A DNA stretch of 64,000 nt from Amoebidium appalachense (taxonomy: Eukaryota; Protista; Ichthyosporea): NCBI GenBank assembly GCA_963693365.1, contig CAVNZM010000013.1, forward strand, positions 1,823,817 through 1,887,816, written 5' to 3'. The translations under genes were made by a program, and so were the position numbers. Below the pieces are notes generated by a model. It ran no database searches. It was not told the origin of the DNA and saw only the letters and a list, made by a program, of their open reading frames with translations. Positions 1 through 25,446 of this stretch are shown in pieces (position 1 is the first letter of the stretch; each line of letters begins with the position of its first letter).

Positions 1-589
1 TAAGTTTTCGTAGACTCCGTATGTTTTCACTGACTCAGAGGTGAGGGGGAGGAGATGGTGGGGGGTTGGGGTTTTTCTTTTCTTTTTTTTGGGGGGGGGG
101 GAGGGGGAGGAGGGCTAGATGGGAGCGGGGGCGGGCGGGCAGGGAGGGGGGTAGGGGGAAGGAGGGGGTGAAGGGGGCGGGAAGGGGAGAGGGGGGGGGG
201 GGGGGGGGGGGGGAGGGGGGGGGGGGGCCTCGGAGGGGGAGGGTTGCCGCTGATCACAGGGAAAAGTAAGGGGATGCTGGTGTACGTGTATGCTTGAGGA
301 GGGTAATGGTGGAGGAGGTACCGCTGGTGAAGTATGTATGCATACCGGCAAGTGGGTGGGTGAGCATGAGTTGGCTTGGTGGGAACATCCGGGGATCGCG
401 AATTGTACATGTGCATGCAAATGGAGAAGGGGCAGAGAGGCCGTGATGATGGCCATCACGACAGAGTGACCATGACACAAAGAAATGCAGAGAGAGGAGA
501 GTTATGGTTTTGGCTGGCCAAGAATCCTTTTTGAGGAGGTTTTTCTTGTGTGTGTGTGTGTCTCTTGGGGGGGGAGGCGGGCGGGCGGG

Positions 590-633
<44 letters not shown>

Positions 634-681
634 GTTGGGAGGCCCGGGCCCCGGCCGGGCCGGCCCCCGGGACTGCGCAGG

Positions 682-775
682 ATTGCGCAAACACAACTGA
701 TGACGTTTCACTGGCCAATCATATCTCGCCATTGTACAAACCTGGGGGTATATAAAGCCCGAAGAGTGGCTCAGT
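682..775 (+). promoter_or_regulatory. Putative Pol II core promoter of the membrane protein gene at 1113
   Basis: ATTGCGCAA (C/EBP-like) at ~682, GGCCAATC CCAAT box at ~713-720, TATATAAA at 749-756 and an Inr-like TCAGT at 771-775, in canonical order upstream of the ATG at 1113. Confidence 0.5.
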
Positions 776-1112
776 GTGGCTCCAGATTTTTTTTTCGTTT
801 CCAGAGAAGTTTTGAGCGCGAAACGAAACACGAGAGAAGATAATTTCTACAGTGAAGTAGAAAAAATAGTTATAGGGAGAGGGAAAGGAAAGACTGACAG
901 CTTATACGTGTGTGTTATTCATGCAAATATAGCACGCGCTTCTAATCATCCCGCCTTTTCCATCCCCTTTCATTCTCGGTAATACCACCTTCCTCTTGGA
1001 CAGACACACCAACTCGGACACAGAGAAGCGGGCAACTCATTCTTTCTCACACATCCGCATCTCCCAGTTAGTTCCAGAAACTCGAAAATATAACCAAGCA
1101 CCTAACATAAAA

Positions 1113-1674
1113 ATGGTTAAGAAAGCATCCTCCGCCGCTGCCCCCGCCCCTGCCGCCCCCGCCCCCCGCCCCTGCCCCCGCACCGGCAGCCGCACCACAC
1201 AAGGCGACTCTCGAAATGGCGCCAGAACATGCAGGGATGGGTGCTGTGGAGCTTTTCGTTTACAGCTGGCCCGGCGCACTTGTAGGTTACGTCGTCTGCA
1301 CGATGGGTCTCGATCCAATCAAGGAGGTTTTGTTCTGGGTTTGCATTCTGATTGGCATGTCTGGGGAGCTCCTCTTTGTGCGAAAGGAGCCCAACATCCT
1401 CTCGACGTTGCTTTTCGCTGGCGTCATCGGTGGGTTTTACAGCGGTTTGATGCACCTGTATTTCTTTGAGGAGTACATGGAGAACAACAGGAGTTGGCTG
1501 GGTGACAATGCAGTGGAGCACATCGTCAAGCGGAATCTCATGGTTCAGTCCACGGTGATGGGGGCGGTGTTGGGTGGGATTATGGGCGTGATCGCTTTCC
1601 AGGTGAGAAATGTGATTGCCCCGAGGCGCAACATTGCGCCGCTGAAGCCGGCAAAGGCAAAGAAGACTGAGTGA
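1113..1674 (+). CDS. Intronless multi-pass (about 4 TM) membrane protein with Ala/Pro-rich N-terminus and C-terminal KKxx motif; one apparent frameshift
   Basis: ATG at 1113 (MVKKASSAAAPAPAAPAP) joins ORF 1216-1674 (MAPEHAGMG...KAKKTE*) if one C is removed from the C-run at 1162-1167, restoring continuous APAPAPAAAPHKATLEMAPE. Four hydrophobic Gly-rich segments; ends KKTE (dilysine ER-retrieval pattern). Confidence 0.75.
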
Positions 1675-2667
1675 GATAGAAAAGTAGTGGTGGGGGTTGG
1701 GCTAGAAAAGAGAAGCCCCGAGGGGGGGGGGGGGGGGGGGAGAGGGAGGGCGCAGGGAGGAGAGGGTTTGGGGGGGGGAGGGGGAGGGGGTGGGTTAGAG
1801 GGGGGAGGATGCGGTAGGGAGGTGTGAGTGAGAGAGGCAGAGTGGTGGAGTGCAAAGGTTACGTGGAGAAAGAGCATGCAATAGAAGTGGTTGTTGTATG
1901 CTCAAGTGTGTCATTTGGATCACTTTTTTGGGATTTCGCGGGGCATTGAGAAAGAGATGCTGTTAGATTAAGTTTGCAGTAAGTTGAGGTGTAAGTAGAG
2001 ACACTAGGAATTACGAAAAAAAATTGGAAGCAGCGTCTTGCTGTACCTGAATGGCTATAGAAAAGGGCTGGCATCTGTGTAGCATGCATCAGTAAACCAT
2101 CACAAAATTGAATAGGAAAGTGCATTGGTTTTTGCACAAACCAACCGATCAGCAACAACCTCTTATCTTGTGTCAAAGACCTACTATTTTTTGTTGTGGA
2201 TGTTGGGGGAGGGGGAAGGTTAATGTGATATATCTTCATGCACCCGTTCCCCCCCCCCCCCCCCCCCCCCCCCCTCCCCTCCGGCCCTGGCCCCTCAATG
2301 CTTTGTGTTGCAGTTCTCTTTCTATTCTTCTATCCACCCCACCACTCTTTCCGTCTCTCTGTTTTCCCAAATGCCCCCCCCCCCCGCATACTCTTTATGT
2401 ATGGCTTGCATTCTGCATCGTGTTATCCGTTTGTTCTTGTGTACTTCGTACTTTTTGACGCAATCAAACCCTCCCCCCCCCCCCTCCACCCCCACCCCAC
2501 CCCACCCCTTCCCCCTTCCTCTTTCAGACCACCACCACTCCCCCACATTCAACCCTTTCCATCCCGGGTCTACCTTCAGCTCTCAGCTTTCTCTATCTCA
2601 CTCTATCTCTCTCTCTCCCCCCCCCCCCCCCCCCCCCCCCCTCCTCTCTCTCTCTCTCTCTCTCTTT

Positions 2668-2760
<93 letters not shown>

Positions 2761-3758
2761 CCCTCCCCCCCTTCCCCCCCTCTCTCTTTTTCTCTCTGTC
2801 TCTCTTTCTCCCCCCCCCCCCCTACCCCCTCCCCCCCCGGCCCCCCCCTCCCCCCCCTCCCCCTCAGTCCCTCCCCCCTCTCTCCTTTTCCCTCCCAACA
2901 CACACACACACACACATACACACACACACAGCCACCACCACCTGCTCTTCGGTCTCCCTCCCCTTCCTTTGCCCCGCTCATAACCCTCCAACCCTCACCA
3001 CTCTCTAATTCCACCTCCTTACCTTACTCTTATCAGAACTTGTACAAGGTGATGCATTCATGCAAATGCAAACCTTTAAATCTACACAACACACAAGATA
3101 TGTAGGCTCGCACAAAAACAATGAATCAAGCACATACATTCTAACACAGAGTAGGGAACATACCACATATTACACAGGCGCACACACATTCAAAACACAT
3201 ACACGATGGAAATAGGGCACACACACACACAGCTGAGATGAAGGTAGATACGCAAGGAGGTATGTTTGCACGTGTGCATGTTCACATTGGCAAACACCAC
3301 TTTAATGAAAAGAAACGAAATGGGTGATGGGGAAGGGGTGGGAGGGGGCCTTAGCATACAGCAGTTGTGTTGTCACCGTATATTAGGTAACATTACTAAT
3401 TATAAGGATATCATGCATATGGGGCACATGTGTTTCCGATTGGCCGGAGGGAGCGGCCAATAAAGTGCAATGATCCCGTCAAGAAATCGGTGGTGGCTTG
3501 GTTTACATGTTCATATAGGCTTGAACGTATTCAATTTGGGATAGATGGGAAGGGGAAAGGGGGAATCAAGGGGGGTTTTACGGGCAGGGGGAGGGCGGGG
3601 GTAGGGGGGGGGGGGGGAGGAAGGGATTGGCATAGCCATATATGGAAATTCAAAGGGAAAAAAGAAGTGGGTGGCCATGGGTGGGGGGGGGAGGGGATGT
3701 GACGCTGTGACGCTCCCAAAAGCTGAGGTTGAGGGGGGCCGGAAGGGGGGGGGGGGGG

Positions 3759-4472
3759 TTTGAATGCGGAACACAGTACGAAGTACGCATAGACGATGAG
3801 AAGCATGGTGCAGGACACATGCAAAGGCAAACATTCAAGTATGCAGCATCAGCCATGCGCACAGTATGCGTCATAAGCAGAGCCCATCCTCAGGGAGGGC
3901 CCAAGTCATCAATTGCGTCTGAGTTTCGACCCCTTAGCCCGCGTATATACGACGCTCCAACTCAGACAGCAGCATCAACTGAACTTGGGTGGGTCAACCC
4001 GTCTTGATCAAAGACGAGCAGGGTTGCTTATGCAAGCAAGGTGAGCAAAACGGTGAAGATGTGTGTGCAAACTAATGCAGTGCAGCGACAAACGCGTATG
4101 TGCTTACAGATGCACGAAACAGAGCAACCATGCCCGGTTGCATGGAAGTAAAGATGTCTCCACACAGTGGTCTGTCCTGAAAGGACACCTCTGAAAGAAG
4201 ACGGGGGGGGTTTGAATGCGGAACACAGTACGAAGTACGCATAGACGATGAGAAGCATGGTGCAGGACACATGCAAAGGCAAACATTCAAGTATGCAGCA
4301 TCAGCCATGCGCACAGTATGCGTCATAAGCAGAGCCCATCCTCAGGGAGGGCCCAAGTCATCAATTGCGTCTGAGTTTCGACCCCTTAGCCCGCGTATAT
4401 ACGACGCTCCAACTCAGACAGCAGCATCAACTGAACTTGGGTGGGTCAACCCGTCTTGATCAAAGACGAGCA

Positions 4473-4475
<3 letters not shown>
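3759..4475 (-). mobile_element. ~452-bp non-coding retroelement-like family, 1.6 head-to-tail units
   Basis: Unit starts TTTGAATGCGGAACAC at 3759 and again at 4211 (period 452); second unit is identical and stops at ...GACGAGCAGGG. Both ends abut poly-G. Homologous copies at 16403, 20059, 23833, 51156. Strand assignment is inferred from the fixed end. Confidence 0.8.
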
Positions 4476-4505
<30 letters not shown>

Positions 4506-5376
4506 CCAAGAACTTGAGGAGTCTGATCGCAGTGTAAGTTGAATGGGGTAAAAATGCCAAAGGTCCCCTCCCCCCACCCATGGGGGTCTCCGGGGCCAAA
4601 ACACACGTGGACCCTTCAATGGGGCACCACACGTACATTGAAACACAAAAATGCGCTCACGCGTCCGGTATACGCGTACACACACACAGCACATAGGTGC
4701 AACTTGTGAAGCACGTGCACACAGACACACACACAGACACACAGACATACACACACGCACAAATTACGTCAGCACATCACCCAAGTACGTTGTATCTGTA
4801 CACACACACATGCCCACGCCTACACCCACCCACCCACCCAACCATCCAACCACGTGCACCCACCCACACAAGACACATCTAACCGTGCGGGACAGACAAA
4901 CATCATGTACATGTGTACAAAAAACATTCAGAGTGTTTATCAGCGCAAACGAAATTTTTTGTAGATGTTTTGTTTGGCCGGATGATCAGTATTAACATAA
5001 TAATACTTCAACATTAATAAAAAGAAAGACGCAGAAACAACCGTTTGTGCTGTGGATCCCACATTCGAGCTATAATGCAGATAGTTTACGGGTATATACA
5101 CGTTATTATCTATGTACACGATGCACTACGCATGTGGGCCGTCAGCCACGTTCTAGTGTTAGCTAGATGAAAGACGTCCTCTAATTCGCGTTAACACATA
5201 CAAGGGAAAAAAACGATATTTACTCGAAGCAAGAAAACAAAAAGAAAAGGGGAAAAAACCTCGACACCATTGGGGTGTTGAAGGAACAGAAGTGCCTTCT
5301 AGGAATAAGCCTAGCCACAGCCAGAACCCCCCCCCCCCCCCCCCTCCCCGGGGGTCCAGGCCTGTCCTATCTAACA

Positions 5377-6688
5377 CTACCCACACACTGAGTCTTGAAC
5401 CTCAATCTTAACCCTACCCATCTCGCGCCTTCTCTTTTTCCTTGCCGCATATTTCTCCCTCCTCCTCGCATTCAACTCATCCTTCCTCAAGTCAGACAGA
5501 TGCTTCAACCCATGCCGATTGCACAATGTCCCCGGCCCGTGCGGCCCCATTCTCCAATGTGTCTCCTCCGCACCAGAGACAGTGCACTCTGGCCACAAGC
5601 ACATGCGCAAACTACGTTCAAGTGCCAATACTGATTTCAATTTCTGTCGCGATTGTAACGGTTTACTCTCCGTAACATCTTGTTTCGGATGCGCGCTGGC
5701 GCCGAAGTCAATGTCTGACGTCGTTGCGCACATGGGTAGTGTTTTCTCTGCACAAGTTTGCTTGCGGTCGCTGCTAAAGTCGAACTCAAACGTTTCATAA
5801 GGACGTTTGTGGAACATGTTGGAGTCCATGTCGTGCGCCGTTGTGCATGGTGGCGGCAGCCTGCTTTCTGCAAGATTTTTCAGGCATCCGGAGCGGGAAT
5901 TCAAGTCAAACAACGAAAGACTCTGCGTGTTTGAAGTGTTGGGGTTCAGGTCGTACGTCGTTATACTTGGAGGTTGCTCACTGTGCATCATCAAATCCGT
6001 CCACTTTTCCGGGCCCGCGTCATGGCAAACCAAGCCTCCCGAACTCTTTTCAGTACACGTCGACGTAGGCCAAATGGAAAATGGCAGGAGAGGCAGTGAT
6101 TTCTCGGAGCATGTCGTTGGCGATGGTGCCGAAGAAGTAGGTGGGAGGACGGGGTGAAAAGCCGCTGTTTGGGCTGCAAGTGGGTCGAAGGGAAACTCTC
6201 GTTGGGAAAAATTTAAACCGCCAAACAGAAAAGGATCGTCTGGTACGTATGATTCCGGATACACATTAATATCAAGTTCTAAAGATGAATTGAAAAAAAT
6301 CTAAAATGATATCCGTGGCTGCCAGCTGATCACTTGCTTTCTCTTCGACAGGTGCAGTGTTGGAAGTTATCAAAACATTTTCCGGTGGAAAGAGAGGTGT
6401 AAGTTCAAAATCTGCCGGGAAGCCTAGCTCGAAATCCGAAAAGTTGAAATCCGGAATGGAAGTCTCCGTCGTTGTACCTGTGTGGTCCGCCGTGTCGATG
6501 ATTATGCATGGCAGTGGGTCCAACACCGTGGCTGAAGGCTCGAAATGGGGGGTCTTTTGGTCGTAATTTGTCTCACTTTCTGTCTCCCCAAATGGATGAG
6601 AACTTTCCAAAGACGTAAAGAGCTTAAAGTCATCATCTAGTTGCTTTGAAGTGGGCTCAGGGACCTCGTAGGTGTTAGGGCAGTCCAT
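5377..6688 (-). CDS. GATA-type zinc-finger transcription factor (atypical finger); one apparent frameshift
   Basis: ORF 5377-6264 contains CLWPEC...THWRMGPHGPGTLCNRHGL (GATA signature WRxGPxG...LCNxCGL) followed by a basic tail RRREKYAARKKRRR. Upstream acidic ORF from ATG 6688 (MDCPNTYEV...) joins it in frame if one base is removed from the A7 run at 6293-6299 (DFFNSSLELDINVYPE). Confidence 0.8.
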
Positions 6689-6986
6689 GGTAGTATGTGT
6701 GTTTGGAGTAAAGCTCGCTCTAAGATCATCGTAAATCTCTTTTTCAGGTAAAAAGTTGTTTTGCTTTGGGAGCGAGAACCGCACGGCGAAAGGCTGCCGG
6801 GCTATGTAAAAGAACGTGGTTGTTCATTCATAAAAAATAAGGTGGTTGCGTTTCGCACGACTTGTGCGACCCACTATGTCAGTCAGATTTTAATGACAAG
6901 GGGGGGAAAAGAAAGCGACAAAAGGAAAGGTTTGTGTGTGCGTGTGTGCGTACTTGAACGCGTGTGTGTGTGTTTGCGTGTGTGTT

Positions 6987-7034
<48 letters not shown>

Positions 7035-7118
7035 CGTGTGTGTGTGTTTAGAATTCTGCTGTGTGTGTGCAAATATGAATATGTCTGTCTGTAGGTGTGT
7101 GTGCGTGTGTGTGTGTGC

Positions 7119-7206
<88 letters not shown>

Positions 7207-7809
7207 ATGTGTGCGTGTGCGTGTGTGTGTTTTCGTGCGCTCGTGTGTGTGTGTGTTCAGATTTCTGCTACTCCCCAGATATAATGAAATATATGAACCG
7301 TGTAGAACATGAATTGCCGTGGCAAGGCCGGAAAAAAAAAAATGGTGAAGAAGAGTGGTGAAGCAAAAGAAGCACACACAGTACTTTAGCATAAATTAGT
7401 TAATTAGAAAATCTGCATTCATAAACCACCGCTATTGCTGAGACATAAAAAACAGGGCAGAAAGTAGTGATGTGGAAGCATAACTTCGACTGTTTGCAGC
7501 TGTGACTCAGTGATGTTGGTGCCAAGGTGAACTGGTGTCGTAGCGAAAAATCTATTTATAGAATGATGCTTCTAATAATAGCTAGGCTTACATCACATCT
7601 TATAGGGGGGTTCGTCATTCGAAAGTCGTTAAGAATCTCTTAGTATTGAAATTCTTGGTTGCATATGTATATATGGGCTACAAAGGTGTTCAAAATACAA
7701 TGGCACCCATAATTACTGATTTTTTTTTCTTTCTTTTTTTCTTATATATGACTGTAGTTCTTTTCTTCATGATAAATGCTGCAGATATCATATTTTCGAA
7801 ATCTTTATG

Positions 7810-8009
7810 GACTTCATTTTCACTTCGATACACTTTCCTTTCACATCAATTTTTTTCCCGACTTTTCATCATGGCATTAATTAAGAGCTTACGCTTCTTT
7901 CTTTTTGTGACTTCATTTTCACTTCGATCACTTTCCTTTCACATCAATTTCTTTTCCCGACTTTTCATCATGGCAGGTATATAAGAGCTTTCGCTTCTTT
8001 CTTTTTGTG
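7810..8009. repeat. Tandem duplication, 2 x ~99 bp
   Basis: GACTTCATTTTCACTTCGAT...CGCTTCTTTCTTTTTGTG starts at 7810 and at 7909 with few differences. Confidence 0.9.
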
Positions 8010-9447
8010 CCGGGACTGAAGTCCGGTGCAAGGGCCGGGTACTCTGATGGCCGCGAGGCTTCTCTTCTAGGGGGTTGGCGGCCTTCTGCCGGGGTTAGCG
8101 ACGGCACCCTTTTTCTATGATGGGGGGCACAACTAAGTTTTCTCCAACTCTACGTTTTCTCCTTGGGGTGCACCTGCGGCTTGGTTGACGTCTCCTTCGC
8201 GGCGCGCGTCCGGGGTAGTTTGTAGCCGACTGGGACGTCGAGAAGCTTCCTCAGCCGGCTACAGTTACGGGCCCTTGTGGTGGCAGTTAGCTCTTAGACT
8301 ATGTGCTATAGCCTTGATTTGTGTACCCCGCTTGCTTGGTAGTGTTGGTTCCTTTTGCATCTCCCCTTACAGCTAGGCTACCTTGTTTGGCTGCTATTCT
8401 CCTTGGAGGGTTACTCCTGTCGCCGCGCCCCCTAAGGTAGTTTTGCAGTCTTACATGTTCTGTAATGCTCTTTGAGACCTCGTGTGCTGCTCCAGTGATA
8501 GAGTTTTGGCCGAGGGCTCTGTCTCGTCTCTAGAGTAGTTACAGATGGCTTCCTTGCAGTTTGTAGCCTAGACATCTTCGTGGCTTTGATGGAGCAATCT
8601 AGCCATGCCCCAAGCTTCTCATTTTGTACCCTGCCATCGATACTAATTACATGTTAACGTACGCATTTACTCAAATTTCTGTGTTTTAACGTATGCGTTT
8701 CACTCAATGATATCTGTGACTCATTTAGGTCACCTTTATTGAGGTTTTTTTTTGTTGTGGCAGCCGAGATATCAACTTATCGTTTTCACTCCTGCCTTTA
8801 GTGTTTATTTGTATTTTTATACCTTTGGGTCGACGTCCGTATTCCAGTGAGCCTACTTCTGATTTGAGTGACTCGAAAATCGTCTCTCGAGATATCTGGG
8901 ATATCTCTTTTTCGTGCCTTCGAACATATGAGCACATCAGTAAAGTCAATATGAAAAACGAAAAAAAAATCTTTATGCTCTCTTCATAAGCACCCTCCTT
9001 TTCGTCATCCAAAGAAGTTCGCGCGGTTTTTTTGAATTTGGTGTCACTTGACCATTATTGCCTGCTACCCAGACGCGTTCGTAGCCCCTTGGTCCATGAT
9101 GATCATTCGGTTTGAGCGGTTTCTAGGGGAACATGCTATCTATACATATTAAGTTTGAAGTTAAGGTTTATTGGAATGCTTGTAATAACAGTAAAAAGTG
9201 CGTTTTGTTAAGATTTCCGTTAGGTGGGCGGTGCTGCGCTCGAGAACCGAAACCTTTTTGATGCCAACAACGAGAGAGAGCTAGGTCTGTTTACCCCTAC
9301 TGGAAACGTAACGAACACAAGCGTGGGGTGAATAGAAAAATAATAGGTAGGCTTACCAGCAATTCCTTGATTTATTTCTTCTTGCACAGTAGTAGCTGGC
9401 ACTCCTGCTGCTGTGTATACAGGCAGACATCATCCTCGTGGACAAAA

Positions 9448-10094
9448 ATGGCGAGAAATAGAAGAAAGGCGCAGCGACCTGCAGCAAAAAGGAAAACCGA
9501 GCAACCTACTGAGCAAGAGTCTTCTTGGCTATATCAGCCTCTTGAGAGCACGGACGATGAGGTCAACAAAACAGCACTCATAGGTGAGCAAGTGGGAAGG
9601 ACGCTACTTGTGACCAGAAATCCTTCGATTTCCGAGTCATTTCTTTTTACAAATTTCCTGACTTTCCTTCTCGCGACTTGCTGTGTATAAGATAACTTAA
9701 TGATGTAAGTCACATTCAGTTAAGCCTATCGGTTATAGTTTCTTAATCCCGTAAAAACACTTTCTGCCCACTCCCTTTTCAGGTTAATGTGCACAAGCAG
9801 TGCTGCTCAAGTAACCTTTCTTAAACCTTTAGTGACTCGTAGTGGTACAGTGCAGTATAGTTGCCCTTTCACCCCAAGACTTTAAGTTGGCTTTGTTTTA
9901 AAGTCACGAGTCCCTGCGTTTTAATGGGCACAAGGGTAACCACTCAACCTGTCAGAGAATTGAGCAAGGTGGCATTGTGGGTTAATATGCTTTTTACGTG
10001 GGAGACGCTACGGAAAATGTGCGCTCAGCTGCAGGTGGAAGTTCTTGATGAAAGAAACAGCAAGGAAGAGATGATATGTACCCTGATCGTGAAG
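9448..10094 (+). pseudogene. Possible degenerate gene fragment (basic N-terminal exon plus SAP/HeH-like helical motif)
   Basis: ATG 9448 MARNRRKAQRPAAKRKTE...ALI followed by a GTGAGC donor; downstream ETLRKMCAQLQVEVLDERNSKEEMICTLIVK resembles SAP-like motifs and ends at a GTAGTG donor, but the pieces do not splice in frame. Confidence 0.25.
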
Positions 10095-10338
10095 GTAGTG
10101 CACTCACCCACCCCTTCTCCGTCTCTGTATCCCTCTCTCTCTCTGTCTGTCTGTCTCTCTGTCTGTCTGTCTGTCTCTCTCTCTCCTCCCCCCCCCCCCA
10201 CCTCCCTCCCTATATCTCTCTCTCTTCTCCCCCCCCCCCCCCCACTCTCTCCCCCCTCCCGCTTTCCACTCCCTCCCTTCTCCAACCGTTTGAAACACAC
10301 ACACACACACACAATCCTCTCTCTATAACCACCCCCCC

Positions 10339-10369
<31 letters not shown>

Positions 10370-10729
10370 AAAAAAAAAAAAAAAGACAAAAAAGGCCCCC
10401 GAAAGGAATATATACATGTATCATGAATTTTCTGAAAACTGGAAACGGTTAAACCAGAAAAAAAGTAGAATTGGGGCGGGAAAAAATGACTGTTAAAAGA
10501 AAAAAAGACAACACCAAGAACACGGAAAAAGGCATATAACGAGCAGCAGCAGCCAAAACAAATCTTCGCTTTCATTTTTGTTTGCCACGATGCGTGTGTG
10601 TCTGCGAGGACGTGTGTGTGTGTGCACACTCGTGCGCGCGCACGTGTGCACGTGTGTATGTGTGTGTATGTGAGTGTGTGTGTGAGTGTGTGCGTGTGTG
10701 CATGTGTGTGAGTGTGAGTGAGTGTGTGC

Positions 10730-10789
<60 letters not shown>

Positions 10790-11162
10790 CGGCCCCGATG
10801 CATGTATGTGCGTGTGTGTTGTTAATACGGTGTGTTTTGAGCTCGTGTTCAGAGTGTGAGTATGGCGCACAGTGTGCTGACGCGTGTTTTTTTTTTTTCC
10901 CCCGTGGGGGGAGAGGGATCCCGGGAGTGGGGGGGGGAGGGTGGTGGAGGCGGGGGGGGGTGTTATCCAGCGCAGAAAGCAAGTCGACTTGGATGGCATG
11001 AGGGTTACTGCAGTGCATTCGTACTGAAATCTAAAGTGTAAAAGTGGAGGTTAACGCTTAGTCTTTGAGTCATTTTCAGGTTACAGAACAACATCTGAAA
11101 TAGGTACACATTTCACTTTGCACTCTGCCTCGCACTTGAACATGGGCGTTTTTGTTATGCCG

Positions 11163-11213
11163 ACTCGCGCGAGTTGAAGGCCGCGGACTAATATCACAAA
11201 ATTTCCCGCCAAA
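11163..11213 (+). promoter_or_regulatory. Candidate upstream elements of DCTN2 (palindrome and E2F-like site)
   Basis: Perfect palindrome ACTCGCGCGAGT at 11163-11174 and TTTCCCGCCAAA (E2F consensus-like) at 11202-11213, about 390 bp upstream of the ATG. Confidence 0.3.
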
Positions 11214-11598
11214 AACAATGATTCTATTTGCGTTCATTGCTCATTTTCGGTGATACGTAAATCCCCTTTTTCTCTGAAAGAAAGGTTTATAAACCCCATA
11301 CAGCTTCTTCTTTCACCAAATATCCCCAGAGACTGAACAATTGAAACGTAAATTTTTTTGTGGAGCCGCAGTGCGGCACTTCACGAAACTCAGCTGCAGA
11401 TGTATCCAAGAGGGAAAGAGAGAGAGAGAGAGAGACAGGGCCCACTTATGCTCCTATTGATGCACGCTACTGCGTAGAGACAACAAGAAGAACGAGAAAC
11501 CAAATCCTTCACACGAAGCTTCAGCAGGAGTTGCACACTTTTTTTTTTTCAAGCAAAACTGTGCCAGAATTGATCACAGGAGGGAACCCTTGGAAAGC

Positions 11599-24706
<13,108 letters not shown>

Positions 24707-24720
24707 CATACCCCCCCCCC

Positions 24721-24756
<36 letters not shown>

Positions 24757-25295
24757 CCCCCCCAGACACACACCCACACACACCCACCCACACACCCACC
24801 CACACACCCACCCACACACATAAATGTCCACAATATGTGCATGCATTGCTCACAAGGGGTACGCTCACACAGCGTGCACAAATACACACACGCACACACT
24901 AAAACATGTGTACGTGCTCACGTATGAGGTGAATGACCCGGAACATACAAGTCTTCTATGTCACTAGTGGTTTCTGTGTGTTTTTTCTTTATCGGGCTTT
25001 TGGTGGTTTGATACATAGGGTGAATGGAGCCATAGATATAAAAATCTGGCCAATCGATATCATGTGCGCTGGTCCAGGATTGGTAGGTTAATTTGGTAGT
25101 CACTTTAATACTCCGCACACACAACCCCATACTTGCCTTCTTCCCTTTCTCACTCGACTTCATGTTACACAGTTGAACACTCTGTACTTACACATATAGC
25201 GTGCGCACAGGCAAGCTTACACGATATGTTTACACCGAGTCACCAACACACTCAGACCCACCTTGTTCATTCGCACACAGACATTCACACACACA

Positions 25296-25446
<151 letters not shown>

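Noticed and set aside
697-830. Hammerhead from CTGATGA at 697 and GAAAC near 826
   Set aside because: Over 110 nt apart, no stem I/III pairing; the region is better explained as a promoter.
3729-4459. Conserved small ORFs in the element (MQRQTFKYAASAMRTVCVISRAHPQGGP...)
   Set aside because: Recurrence reflects DNA identity between copies; indels in the 51156 and 20059 copies shift the frames.
3759-4475. TRIM/LTR element (A-B-A layout)
   Set aside because: The second repeat has different lengths in different copies (about 265, 120 and 8 nt), with no TG..CA termini or PBS.
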